Notes: a model not told the origin generated them from the sequence alone. A stretch of DNA of 64,000 nucleotides from Podarcis muralis (GCF_964188315.1 NC_135660.1:61938001-62002000); one strand, 5' to 3'; positions 12,331 through 23,940 are shown, numbered from the stretch's first letter. Translations and numbers: made by a program.

Positions 12331-12650
12331 TAATAGGGTTTTTAAAATTGCTTTAAAGAAAAAGGAGCACAAATAACTGTACATAGGATTGCAGCCAGTT
12401 TAGTTGTCATAGGAGGCTTTCTGAATGAGTACAGTGCCATACCTAACTATTTTAAATCTTGCGGCATGACAGTTTCCTGTTAAAGAATGGAAACTTGATT
12501 TTTTTCCCCAAGAGAGTATTTCAGGTTATTTTATATTTTAGAATGCATATATTTATTTTATATATTTTTCTATTATTCTTTTCATACAAGCTTGCAGTAA
12601 TCAGATGAAAAACTAGTAAAAGAATCAAAACTGCTTTAAAAAATCTATTA

Positions 12651-12882
12651 CAGTGGTACCTCAGGTTAAGAACTTAATTTGTTCTGGAGGTCCGTTCTTA
12701 ACCTGAAACTGTTCCTAACCTGAGGTACCACTTTAGCTAATGGGGCCTCCCACTGCCGCCACGCCAGCACCGCATGATTTCTGTTCTCATCCTGAAGCAA
12801 AGTTCTTAACCCAAGGTACTACCGGTATTTTTGGGTTAGCGGAGTCTGTAACCTGAAGCATCTGTAACCTGAGGTACCACTG
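12651..12882 (-). mobile_element. Tc1/mariner MITE, same family, opposite orientation
   Basis: Same TIRs with TA TSD; the body is the reverse complement of 12089-12330. Confidence 0.92.
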
Positions 12883-13537
12883 TACTGTAAGGACAATCAA
12901 GTACAATGGAAAGGCTGTACACTGATTTTCCCATTCATTTCTTTGGAGCTCTGCCTGCAAATATGAGAGTCCCAACTAGTCAGAAATTCAGCCCTGTCTC
13001 CTCTCACTCCTCTCATTCATCATTAAGTGTATTGCCAAAGGCAGAGGAATTCAACTATGCCTCTTTCCCCCCACATTTGGTCTTGCTTCAGTTCCCTGAG
13101 AGAAGATCTGACAGGGCAAGGGATCATTTCCTCTAAAGCAGCTGCAGCCATCCAGATGGTCAGGGTGAAATAATAAGACAATTATAATTAATTATTATTA
13201 TTATTATTACACAAGAATTGGATTTCAGCAGGCTTGCCGTAGGGGAATCTGAAAAATGAATAGGTGGGCACTGGCTGTTGTTTGAGAGGGATAGATACAA
13301 AAGCAGGTGAATGGGGGAATGGAATAGCTTGGAGGATGGCACTGAACAGAAACGCTCTGTACTGCAACATTTTGTTGCGGATCCCACTTGCAGGTTTCAA
13401 CTGCCTATTCAGGATAACAGTAGGTAAAGCTGCAACCCTGTATATTTTCTCTTTCCTCTTGAATCCAGGGAGTAAGGAGCAGGGCCTGTCAGAGAGGGCT
13501 CAGACGGGCCTCAAGCTCAAAAGGAGGCTCGGATGCA

Positions 13538-14321
13538 TGTGACGATCAGTTCAAAGGCTTGGGTTAACCCAGCTGAGCTCTGCTATTGGAGGACTACAGG
13601 GACTGGGCATCTTACTTCGCTCTTAGGCCCAGACCCACCTGCTGCAGAACAAATCCAAGGGCCAGCTCTGCAGCCTGAGGAGGAAGAGAACCGGTTCCTG
13701 TCACATGCTGCTCTGCTTTGCTTAAGATCGCAAGCTGCAGTACATGCAGGTGTACTCAGCACCCTGAACATTCACCCTCACACACATACAAAACTCAAGA
13801 AGCCGGTACATACAATGTATAAAACTTATGAGTGTGCTAAAAACGCACAAAACCCGCTGTGGCGTTTGCCTCCTAGGATGGGTCATAAGGAAAGGGTTAA
13901 AATAGGTGTGATGTGATTGGCCAGTGAGAATGCAAGGGGGGGGATAAAAGTTGAGGTTTGGGAGTTGAGTTGAGGTTTGGGAGTTGAAGAAGGAAAAGGG
14001 AGGTTTAGGTGTGGGTTGGTAGAGTTGTATTGTGAGAGGGTGAGAGCAATTGTTAGGTGGAGTCAGATAGATAGTTGGAATAATCAGTTTGGAGTTGTTA
14101 TGAACTAAGAATAAGAAACTGACAAGAGAAAAATTAACTGAAACCATAAGCTTGTTCCTGCATTTAAAAATAAACTTGATTATTTGTTTATGTTAACAAC
14201 TGACTGGACTCCGTGTGTCCCCGTGAGATACGGGGTGGTGGCAGCGGAAAAAGCAATTGCAGTGGCAGCACAGGGTCAATAGACCGTCAAACGTCCGGGG
14301 GCCCTGTGTGTGATCGCCACA
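13538..14321 (+). mobile_element. Solo LTR (Gypsy/ERV-like)
   Basis: TG...CA ends with an 11-bp near-perfect ITR (TGTGACGATCA / TGATCGCCACA), reverse CCAAT near 13916, TATA-like gataaaag near 13945, AATAAA at 14169-14174, and a GT-rich U5-like tail. No matching TSD. Confidence 0.7.
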
Positions 14322-14486
14322 CCCGCTTTTATTTCTCACACTTCAGAAACGCTCAGCACCATCCAACTCAGAACACGTACCTGTGGCCACAGCAGTCCAG
14401 CTACACCCAGACTTGCAGCTGAGAGGCAGAAGGAGCCGCAAGTCCTCTCAATAAAGTAGGACTCCCTCTTGTCCTGCACTACATCC

Positions 14487-14488
<2 letters not shown>

Positions 14489-14525
<37 letters not shown>
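14489..14525. repeat. (GT)n microsatellite
   Basis: Directly visible. Confidence 0.97.
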
Positions 14526-14526
<1 letters not shown>

Positions 14527-14788
14527 AAGAAATCTGCAGTTGATAAAGTCTTGCAGCTTTAGGCACCGCACCAAAATGTGTCACAGGCTCTCAGGAAAGT
14601 CCAGAAAAGCATTTGTTAAAGAAACACAAAATTCAAATTATGCCTCACTCTATTTTTTGTGCTTTCATTTGTTTCAGAGGTGTGGTCATTTTAAATTTTA
14701 CTTGGTGTTAGCAGCCTCGAAAGCTGGAAGTGGACTTGGCCTCACTGGACCTCTGAGGTGGTCTGTCAAGGGACGTAGAAAAGATAGC

Positions 14789-14950
14789 TGGGGGCTTGTT
14801 TTCATTTTCATCCTCTCAGCTTTGGGATAAACAGTTTAAGGTCATTTCTCTCCATTTCATGAATTAGTAAAGTCAGAATTAATTCAAAATTTCAAAAAGG
14901 CCCTGTAAAGGGAGACAAATCAAAGGCAAGCATTGAGTGACAGTGAAGAT
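14789..14950. repeat. 162-bp direct duplication, copy 1
   Basis: Ungapped match to 23195-23356 with 8 mismatches by manual alignment; flanks unrelated. Confidence 0.95.
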
Positions 14951-14966
14951 TCCTGGAGCTGTCACA

Positions 14967-14967
<1 letters not shown>

Positions 14968-15004
<37 letters not shown>
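14968..15004. repeat. (GT)n microsatellite
   Basis: Directly visible. Confidence 0.97.
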
Positions 15005-15006
<2 letters not shown>

Positions 15007-17367
15007 GAGAGGCATGGTAGTCCATGTGGTCCCTTTTGGCATTGGAGTGGTAGACATATTTTGTTCCCAGTGCAGTATTGTTCCCCAGCTACAGGTTCCC
15101 CAATAGCCATTCATTCATATGGGGGGAAATAAAAGGGGCACCCTGTATCCCTTCACAACCTAGAATGGAACAGACAGTTAGTGAGGTTGGGGTGGCATGC
15201 TGAAAATCAGCTTTCGTGTGACATCCTTTCCTGAACTTATGCTAATTTTAATCCTTTTATTAATTATACAAGCCTTCACTGGCAGTCGCTAGCTGGGACA
15301 GATTGGAATAACTTCAATGGAAGCTTTCACTGCCTACCCTCCAAACGATGCCTTTTGTGCAATTTCCCCGTTTGTTTCCACGGGTCTTTGATACCAGCAG
15401 TGACCGGCGGATGATGCCCGCACTCAGCAACATAAAGCATTTTACATTTCACACAGCTAATGTGCTCCGGCCTAATTAGGTTTAATTGTTATACATGGTT
15501 GCCTTCATCCCAATTCAGCAGAGGTCAAAGGATGCTCTGGAGTGCAAATTTGCCACAAGCGCTCTGTTTCGGAAATCCTTTCAGCTTCCCGAAGAATAGC
15601 ATCTGGTTGCGGGGACTCGTTCCTATTTTGGGTGCCCGAGTGTTACATCATCTGCATTTGAGACATTGTGTCCGACACGGAGAGCAGGCCCTGAAGGCTT
15701 TCTGAGGACAAACACCGGCTTCAAGAACTCTCTGTCCTCTTCCAAAATGAGAAGTGTCATATATTTGAGAAGACGGACTTGTGACACTTTCAGCTAGAGA
15801 TATCTGCAGCCTATTTGGAAAGAATGTGGCTCGGTTATTGTTTGACTGTTTTTTGTAGCCCAGTCCAAAATAGTGATGGACAAATCTATCAATTTCAGTG
15901 TCTCATTTTTCTGGTTTTAAGGTCCCTTAGTCACATTTCTGAATCAGTTTAGGTCCACTCAGAGCTGGAGGGCAGTTTCTTGGATCCCAGTTTCTGGTGG
16001 TTTTGAGGGTTGATAAATATTTGCTTAGATCCTAGTAGATATGGGTGATGTTCTGTTCTCGACATCAATTTGGGAGTTTTTAAAGTCCACCTGAATATCC
16101 ACCAACATTTTAGTATGAATTTATCTTGATGTACTGTACAGTATTTTTTGGTATGCAACTTTGTGAATATACAACACATGCAAAGCAACATTCCCTAACA
16201 TAATGCATTATTGTCTGTTATTTTCACTAATACATACATTTATAAGCACACTTTACCCTGGTGTATGCATTTCTGTACACATTATTTGGCTGCATAACTG
16301 CACTGCAGATTTTTAAGAAGTGTGCATTTCAAAGGATAGCTGGGTTTCAGTTTGCCTGTTGTTCCTGAAAGTGCAAATTAGGCAAATTTGCCTTTAAATG
16401 TGAATCAGATCAAATTTATATAGTTAGCCTCTGTGCTCGTCACTGGCTCTCTTCCTAACTTTTCTGGGCATGTGCAGAAGGCTCAGGGGAAAATGCAGGG
16501 ATTTCTGGAGAGATTCCTGCTGTTATTTTATTTTATCCAGACCTCTGTGAAAGTGAGATGAGATCTGGCTTCTGTTTCAAGCCCTCTAGCATGGATAGGA
16601 GGATTGAGGGAAAGCCAAAGATACCTCTCATTTCCTTTGAGATTTGTACAAGGTAGGGAACAGCATGAGTCTCTCGCCTATGCTCAAGCTGCCTCTTCTG
16701 CAAAGTATGTGAAGGGAGAGCTTGGGAGAAGGAATGGCCACCACTGTGCAGACTTCTCACCTTTTGGCCTGAGGCACTTGGCCCTTGCAAATAGATTTTT
16801 GTGGATGCCTGGGCAAGACAAGGTTTAAGCCGCTTTGCTTAGGAGGAGGACCGAAGCATTAATGTGAAGAGTGAATTTGGACTAGGAAACATCTCAGATG
16901 TGGGAAAATGAAAGGAGAATTGTGTACATCCGTGATGGCGAACCTCTGCCCTGCTGGTAGCGGTTGTGGCTGTTGTACTCCAAGTTCCATCAGTCTTAGA
17001 TGGCATCTCCAAAGCTTAGGGAGTTGTAGTCCAACAACACCTGAAGACAGAGAAGAATCCTCACTCCTGACATATGCAAACTTCTCCCTTTGGAAGAATG
17101 TACAGGCCACATTGAGAAAAACATGCAGGATCAATTTCTGATGGGAGAGGATGTGCAAGTCCTCTGTGCTTCCTCTCTTTCACTGTTCTCATCATGTCTG
17201 AAATACCCTTAAAAGCAGAAGGCATTACCAATCTCCTAGTCTAAGGAAGGACCTTCTGCTTATTAAAGTAGTTAAAGTTAACAGGGTTCTTTTTTATTAA
17301 AAACAAACAAACCCCAACCACACCATTTTTATTACAGACAAATGATTGAAACAAGCAAACCGATATA

Positions 17368-17593
17368 CAGTGGTACCTCGGGTTACATACGCTTCAGATT
17401 ACAGACTCTGCTAACCCAGAAATATTGCTTCAGGTTAAGAACTTTGCTTCAGGATGAGAACAGAAATTGTGCTCTGGCGGCGTGACAGCAGCAGGAGGCT
17501 CCATTAGCTAAAGTGGTGCTTCAGGTTAAGAACAGTTTCAGGTTAAGAACGGCCCTCCGGAACGAATTAAGTACTTAACCTGAGGTAACACTG
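17368..17593 (+). mobile_element. Tc1/mariner MITE (cagtggtacctc family)
   Basis: TIRs cagtggtacctc / gaggtaacactg with TA TSD; body matches 12089-12330. Confidence 0.92.
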
Positions 17594-18769
17594 TAAAGCA
17601 ATCAAAACATTCCAAAGATCACATTGAGGGGGTAAAGAATAGATAAGTGAAGCGTGAGTCACCATTACTTTTGGAAAGAATACATCTATAAATGCCAAAC
17701 ATACAGGATCAATTACAGCAGCAGACTTGCAAAGTTAACAACAAGAGTCTTTATGCTTTGGAGAGAGTCTGTGTGACATGATATCTAAATAAAGAAAATC
17801 TGAAATATCAAGATAAAGTTCAGGATTGTGTTGCGTCTAAGGGATAACCTGAAGAGATCCTACCATTTTCTCAGTTATTCCAGCAGAAATTGCTGGTGGG
17901 AAATGTTCCCTTTATCTTGCACAGTTGTCTCCAGAGTGCTCTATAAATAGCAGTTGTACCTGGCACCTGCTTCCCTCCTAACCGAGAAATGGAGCAGCTC
18001 TGACATAAGATTTACATACAGGTGCACATTACTTTTGGCACTTAATCACTGTGTTCAAAGGCCTCTCGACTGAACACCTGAGATCAAGGTTCAAACTAAG
18101 AAGTGAGGGCTGGAAACCCTGTGAAAGGCGGGACTGCCTCAATCAGATATAAAAAAGGGGTGGGGTGGGCTGATCTAAAAGATCAAAAAGCAGGAAGGTG
18201 GTGGGGCTGCCAAGCCCTCCCCAACCCATAGCTTACCTCTGTGCTGGGGCTGGAAGTGAGACAGCTGCTGCAGGCAGAGAGTCCTAGGCCTTCCTCCTCA
18301 TCCTGTTGCAGGCAGCCATCCCACACTGTATGCCATCTAGCCTGGTGAGAGGACCCCTCCCCTCTGAACTGCATTTAAACCAAGTTGCTGAGGTGTTTTT
18401 GAAATGCAATAAGACCTATACCAGCAGACGGTACTTCCAGGAAGCTGGGGGGAGAGACTGACCATCATTGCCTTCCCTGACATTAGTCTTTTGTTGCTGT
18501 CAGCTTCCTTTGGAGGCGACATGTGGAAACCAGCTGTATGCCATCTGCCCCTCCCTGGCACCCGAAACTTAGTTGTGTGTGTACCTGATTTCTAGTGGGA
18601 GGGAGTGCTGTAGTTTGGGGTCCACTACACCAAAGGCATGGCTCCTTGCTGACCCGAGTTGTGCTTCTGGTCCATGGGGAACAACTAATAGTACTCCCCC
18701 AGATGATCTTAGTGATCACCCTGGGACATAGGGGATAAAGCAGTCCTTATTGTGCCCTGCTAGATGCTC

Positions 18770-19115
18770 GACGCAGGTGGTGCTGTGGTCTAAACCACAG
18801 AGCCTAGGGCTTGCCGATCAGAAGGTCAGCAGTTCGAATCCCCGTGACGGGGTGAGCTCCCGTTGCTCAGTCCCTGCGCCTGCCAACCTAGCAGTTCGAA
18901 AGCACATCAAATGCAAGTAGATAAATAGGTACCACTCGGCAGGAAGGTAAACGGCGTTTCTGTGCACTGCTCTGGTTCGCCAGAAGCGGTTTAGTCATGC
19001 TGGCCACATGATCCGGAAGCTGTACGCCGGCTCCCTCAGCCAGTAAAGCGAGATGAGCGCCGCAACCCCAGAGTCATCTGCGACTGAACCTAATGGTCAG
19101 GGGTACCTTTACCTT
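18770..19115 (+). mobile_element. Sauria SINE (subfamily B)
   Basis: Full body with accttt tail; direct repeat tagatgctcgac at 18761-18772 and 19115-19126. Confidence 0.94.
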
Positions 19116-19192
19116 AGATGCTCGACAGACTCATGTGTTTATAGTTCCAGACAGAGAGTGAAAACAAGAAAGTTTATTGAGCCCCTCACTGA

Positions 19193-19328
19193 CAGCCTTT
19201 CTCAACTTTGGGTCACCAGACGTTGTTGGACTACAACTCCCATCACCCCTAGCCAGCAGGACCAGTGGTCAGGGATGATGGGAGTTGTAGTCCAACAACA
19301 TCTGGGGATCCAAGGTTGAGAAAGGCTA
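19193..19328. mobile_element. Fold-back hAT-type MITE
   Basis: Near-complete palindrome: agcctttctcaac..gttgttggactacaactcccatca / tgatgggagttgtagtccaacaac..gttgagaaaggct. Confidence 0.85.
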
Positions 19329-20869
19329 GTCTAAATGTTTCAGCTGGCTGGAAGTAGTCTAGCATTCAGTCTCCAAAAGTGACTAGCCAGATTCCTTCCA
19401 GAGCTCACAAGCATATTGCAATGGTGATAGCCACCCCTTATTTCATATACCACCCCCCTATCCTCGCCAGCCTCTGCAAATGAGAGTTAAACTGTCACTG
19501 TTCAGTTTAACTGTCATGTTTAAGACTGCTTCCCAAGTCATCCTGCATGACTTTGTCAAATCTTTTGGAAAGCCATATAAAATAGCGGCCCTCACCACAT
19601 GACGTTTTTGTGTTTTCTGCAAGTTAATTACACATTGTGTTAAGAAGTACATTTTCATTTGTCATGTTCGGAAGTGGACTATAAATTGAGGAGAAAAGAA
19701 GAAAAGCAAAGAGCTCATGTTCTGGGAATAATGTTGTTTAGCAAACCGTCTTTATCATAAGACCAACTGCTGTCACTTTTGCAGATGTGACAACTTTGAA
19801 ATTGACATTCCCTTTTTTTAAAAAACGGTTTAAACATGATCTACATTAAACAGCCCAAAATGAATTCATAGTAGCAAGATTTTAAACACAAAGGTGCAAT
19901 AAATTATTTTGTCAAACAGATCAAGATATTTTTTCTTCTTTGCTTCCTTTTCTATTTCTTTATTCTCATCTCTTGCTTCTCTTCTATTAATTTCTTTAGA
20001 TCAGTTGGTTTTTATTGCATTTTATGTTTTAAACTGCCAGTAAAAATGGATCTTTTTTAAATAAAAAAAGATCATTTTATATGTATCAATAAAACAAATT
20101 AGCTCGACAGCTGTGAATCTTGCAGTATTGTCAAAATGGGTGAAGAAGCATTTTACCAGTGGTTGGGAGGACAGAGCACAAGAATCATTTGTAATATTTA
20201 GTTCGGCTTTAGGCAATTATATTTAAGCATAATGGCTTTTTTAAAAGTAAATTTTCAAGATAGCCTTAATGGTTCCTTCCGTGTGTGTGTGTGTGTGTGT
20301 TAAAAAAATATGACTCAAATTAATTCAATATTAATTTATTTTAGATATGCCAGAAGCATCAGCCTATGATTATTAAGTTAAAACAGACAGCAGGAAATGG
20401 AAAGCCCTTCCTTACCCTGCCAGAATGCATCACTGTGTGTATCCAGAAATCTGTGTGAGATGTTGACAGAACAAGGACAGAGAAGCAAATAACAGCAACT
20501 CTTTCCTCCTCGCAGTAAATGTTGTCATTTATATTCCAAGTTTAAAAAACAACAACAACCGCAACTTCCTCGCTTGTCATTTGCTAACTCACTGAACTCT
20601 GATTTCTGCTGAAGACCTAATTGAGAGAAAAACCGATTACCCATTATTAGGAACATTACTATCAGATGTTTAATTCATACGTGAATGCTAAAAACCGTGC
20701 TTGTTATGGAAAGCCAAGACGCTCTTGCTGGCGACTGATTGTGAATAATCATGGACTGCAATGTGCAATTCTCTCTCTTCGACGAAAGAAAGGAAAGTAG
20801 CTTTCAGAGTGGGGGCTACTTGGGGTGAAGGGTAACTTCAGACATTGCCTTATGCAAAGTCAAGACTAC

Positions 20870-21020
20870 TGGTGCATCTAGCTCAGAACCAACTATGCTG
20901 ACCAGCAACAGCTCTCTAGGGTTTCAGAAAAGTGTCTCTACCATATGTAGAGGTGCGAGAACCTAGGATCTTCCTAGGATCTTCTGAAGGCAAATTGGAT
21001 CCTCTGCCACTATGCTATGC
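20870..21020 (-). mobile_element. Old tRNA-derived SINE with CR1-like tail
   Basis: Decayed gaacctaggatcttc..ctctgccactatgctatgcc head, similar to 49770-49922. Confidence 0.4.
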
Positions 21021-21322
21021 CATTCTCCAATGAAAATAGGGACATACTATTTAATAATAATAATAATTTCTATATATAACATATATAAAAACAAAATAAA
21101 ACATTATTTAAAAAATCCCTATACAGGGCTGCCTTCATAGGTCTTCTAAAGGTTGTAGAGTTATTTATCTCCTTGGCTTGTGGGTTGGATAACTCCATAC
21201 CCTCCAACATTGCTCTGATGAAAATAGGGACGTCCTAAGGAAAAGTGGGCCATTCTGGGATCAAATCAAAAACCAGTATGGCTTCTGTAAATCCTGGAAA
21301 GTGGGGACACTTGGAGGGTCTG
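21017..21322. mobile_element. Composite hAT-like element with internal L2 tail (second copy)
   Basis: Same architecture as 1372-1726; ends gggacacttggagggtctg. Confidence 0.6.
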
Positions 21323-21905
21323 CTATGCATATCATTGTTTCCTAAGTAGGCTGTCTGCAGTCCCCTTCTCACATGTCTTTTGTGTGACTCCCCCCCCCCC
21401 CCATGCTGTGAAGATAATGTCAGGAACCCACATGGTGGTTCCTCCCTATGCCGGCAGTGCTCCTCTTCTAACAGATACTAGGTCAAACAAGACCAAGGAG
21501 GGGAACCACAATAGGAGTCCCTTGTGCTTGGGTGAACATGCTAAGCAGTCATGGAGTGCTAAGTTGGGGAAGAAAAAGGATGGGGTGGGTATGGAGTACT
21601 GCAGGGGTGAGAAAGCTCTTTTGTCTTGGGGGGGGGGGGCAAATTCGTTTCTGGGTGGCCTTCCAAGGGCTACATGCTAGTGGTGAATGGGCCAGAGACA
21701 AACAATGCTTTGTTAGAGGCAAAGGTGGACAGAACAACAAATGTGATTTTTTTACTATTGTACAGTTGGCTAAATTCTTCACACTTACAGGACCCTTCCT
21801 ATCCTCCATCCAGGCGAACAAGAATACATTCCAACCAGGCAAAGCCACGCAAGGAAAGTGGGTGCTGAGGGTTGTGGCTTAGGAAGGTTTGTAAGTGTCC
21901 CCTGG

Positions 21906-22759
21906 TGTAGCAAAAATCGACATTTGAGGAGGAAGGAAATCTCCACGCAGCGGTGAGAAAACAAAGGGTGTTTATTGCTAGCAATAAAGGCTCAGTGGGA
22001 TCACTCTCCAAAAGCTGAGCCAGCCCAAAAGGGTGGGGCCTGCTTAATATACATAGCTGTTGTCTGTTAAAGCAATACATATGCATAAACTTCCTCCAAT
22101 CTAAAGTTACAACACAATACTAATTATGCCATGTATGGTCTTTCCTTCATTACCTATTTATTAGGCAAGGAAACAAAGGACTCTCTCTCTAAGCAGCCCC
22201 CGCTGCATGTGGTCTCTTTGCATTCCTTTCTACCTAAGGGGGTTAGCACATTTGAGCACAGCACATCTCATTGTCAAATGTAGACACTTGTAAAGGTAAA
22301 GGGACCCCTGACCATTAGGTCCAGTCATGGCCGACTCTGGGGTTGTGGCACTCATCTCGCTTTATTGGCCGAGGGAGCCGGCGTACAGCTTCCGGGTCAT
22401 GTGGCCAGCATGACTAAGCGGCTTCTGGCAAACCAGAGCAGCGCACGGAAACGCCATTTACGCTGGAGCGGTACCTATTTATCTACTTGCACTTTGATGT
22501 GCTTTCGAACTGCTAGGTTGGCAGGAGCAAGGACCGAGCAACGGGAGCTCACCCCGTTGCGGGGATTCAAACCGCCGACCTTCTGATCAGCAAATCCTAG
22601 GCTTTGTGGTTTAACCCATAGCGCCACGCATGTCCTCCTATGTAGACACTTAGGAATGTTGTTTACAACCTTGGGACTAAAGCTGCTCCTAGCACAAGAC
22701 AAGGCAGAAGGCCTCTAGACTGGCTAGTTAGCTGAGCTAATAGGTCTCTATGTGCATCA
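21906..22759 (-). mobile_element. ERV-like solo LTR (about 490 bp without the nested SINE)
   Basis: Minus strand TGATG...CTACA, TATATTAA at 22044-22051, AATAAA at 21971-21976, 4-bp TSD CTGG at 21902-21905 and 22760-22763. Confidence 0.7.
22290..22639 (-). mobile_element. Sauria SINE (subfamily B) nested in the LTR
   Basis: 12-bp TSD atgtagacactt at 22278-22289 and 22640-22651. Confidence 0.95.
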
Positions 22760-22928
22760 CTGGGAGATTCCAAAGGGCCAGACAGAGAAGTTTGGAGGGC
22801 CAAATTTGCCCTCCTGGGCCAGAGGTTCCCCATCCTCAGAGTAGGGTGTAGCTAGCTGGATTTCTGAAAGGGAATGCTCCTGATGGAAGGTGAGGATAAC
22901 ACTGCCACATTTTGTTACAGGTCCCACT

Positions 22929-23046
22929 TAGAGCGGGCAAACCTGAGGCTCTCTGGGCATTGTGGTACTCCAACTCCCATTGGCTCCAGCCAAACGTTAG
23001 GGATGATGGGAGTTGTAGTCCAGCAGCATCTGGAGGGCCAAGCATT
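22929..23046. mobile_element. Fold-back hAT-type MITE (decayed)
   Basis: caactcccat / gatgggagttgtagtcc inverted core. Confidence 0.6.
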
Positions 23047-23194
23047 TAGAGGGACACTGCTGCTGTGATATCAGGAGACTTTTAATTTTGGGGAGGAAAC
23101 TGTGAAGTCTGACTGCCAGCAACGTTAATACAACAAGGCAGCTAGGGGGGGGGGGACTTTCAGTTACAACTGAGAGCAGAAGTGGTGTGGTTAA

Positions 23195-23356
23195 TGGGGG
23201 CTTGTTTTTGTTTTCATCCTCTCAGCTTTGGGAGAAGCATTTTAAGGTCAATTCTCTCCATTTCATGAATTAGTAAAGTCAGAATTAATTCAAAATTTCA
23301 AAAAGACCCTGTAAAGGGAGACAAATCAAAGCCAAGCATTGAGTGACAGTGAAGAT
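23195..23356. repeat. 162-bp direct duplication, copy 2
   Basis: See 14789-14950. Confidence 0.95.
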
Positions 23357-23940
23357 GTGTTTATGTAAAATAAACACCTTGGGCTCCAGTATTAAAGCTG
23401 AGGAGAGGAATCCTGCTTCCTTTGATCAGAATGCGCAGAAGGGTTACCAGATCAAAATTTCAAAAATAAGGAGCCGTCTCGGAGCAGAGGTGTCTGTGCT
23501 GCACAGCTGGGTTCTGAATAAAGGAATCCATTACGGGCCAGCAGGGCCTTGTGCTCTAAAAGAGACCTGATTAAGAGAGTTTCCCAAAGAGCATCTCAGG
23601 CAAGCTGATAGCCAGATATCCTTTGGCAGGAGGGCCTCCGGGGAGTGGGTGGGATGCAGAAACACTGCCAAAGAGTCCTAACATAAATATATGCAAATTA
23701 ATACATCTTCAGTTATTTTAAACACAGTAGCCTAATAGGTTTTAAGTGTGTTTCTTCAGAAGGAACAGCTGAGTAGAATACTGCCTGCATGATTTCCCTT
23801 TTATCTCCCCAGGTAGTGCTAGAGACTTATTTTTCCCTTAAAAAAAAGAAAAGGAAGAAACTGCAAAATTCAATTTTATATATATATATAAAATAAAATA
23901 ATAAAAGCAAACCAGTGTACCAAATTGCAAACTTACTTCT

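Larger units (their letters stand above)
21602..22838. mobile_element. hAT non-autonomous element split by an LTR insertion
   Basis: Ends caggggtgagaaa / ggttccccatcctca; flanks gagtactg vs gagtaggg (6/8, decayed 8-bp TSD). The halves join into the family seen at 51154-51445. Confidence 0.65.

Noticed and set aside
18770-18850. tRNA-like A/B boxes here and in the other SINE heads
   Set aside because: No cloverleaf or acceptor stem; these are SINE promoters, not tRNA genes.
19925-19998. Lys/Glu-rich reading (KEINRREARDENKEIEKEAKKKK) on the minus strand
   Set aside because: Low-complexity purine/pyrimidine tract, with an in-frame stop just upstream and no acceptor.
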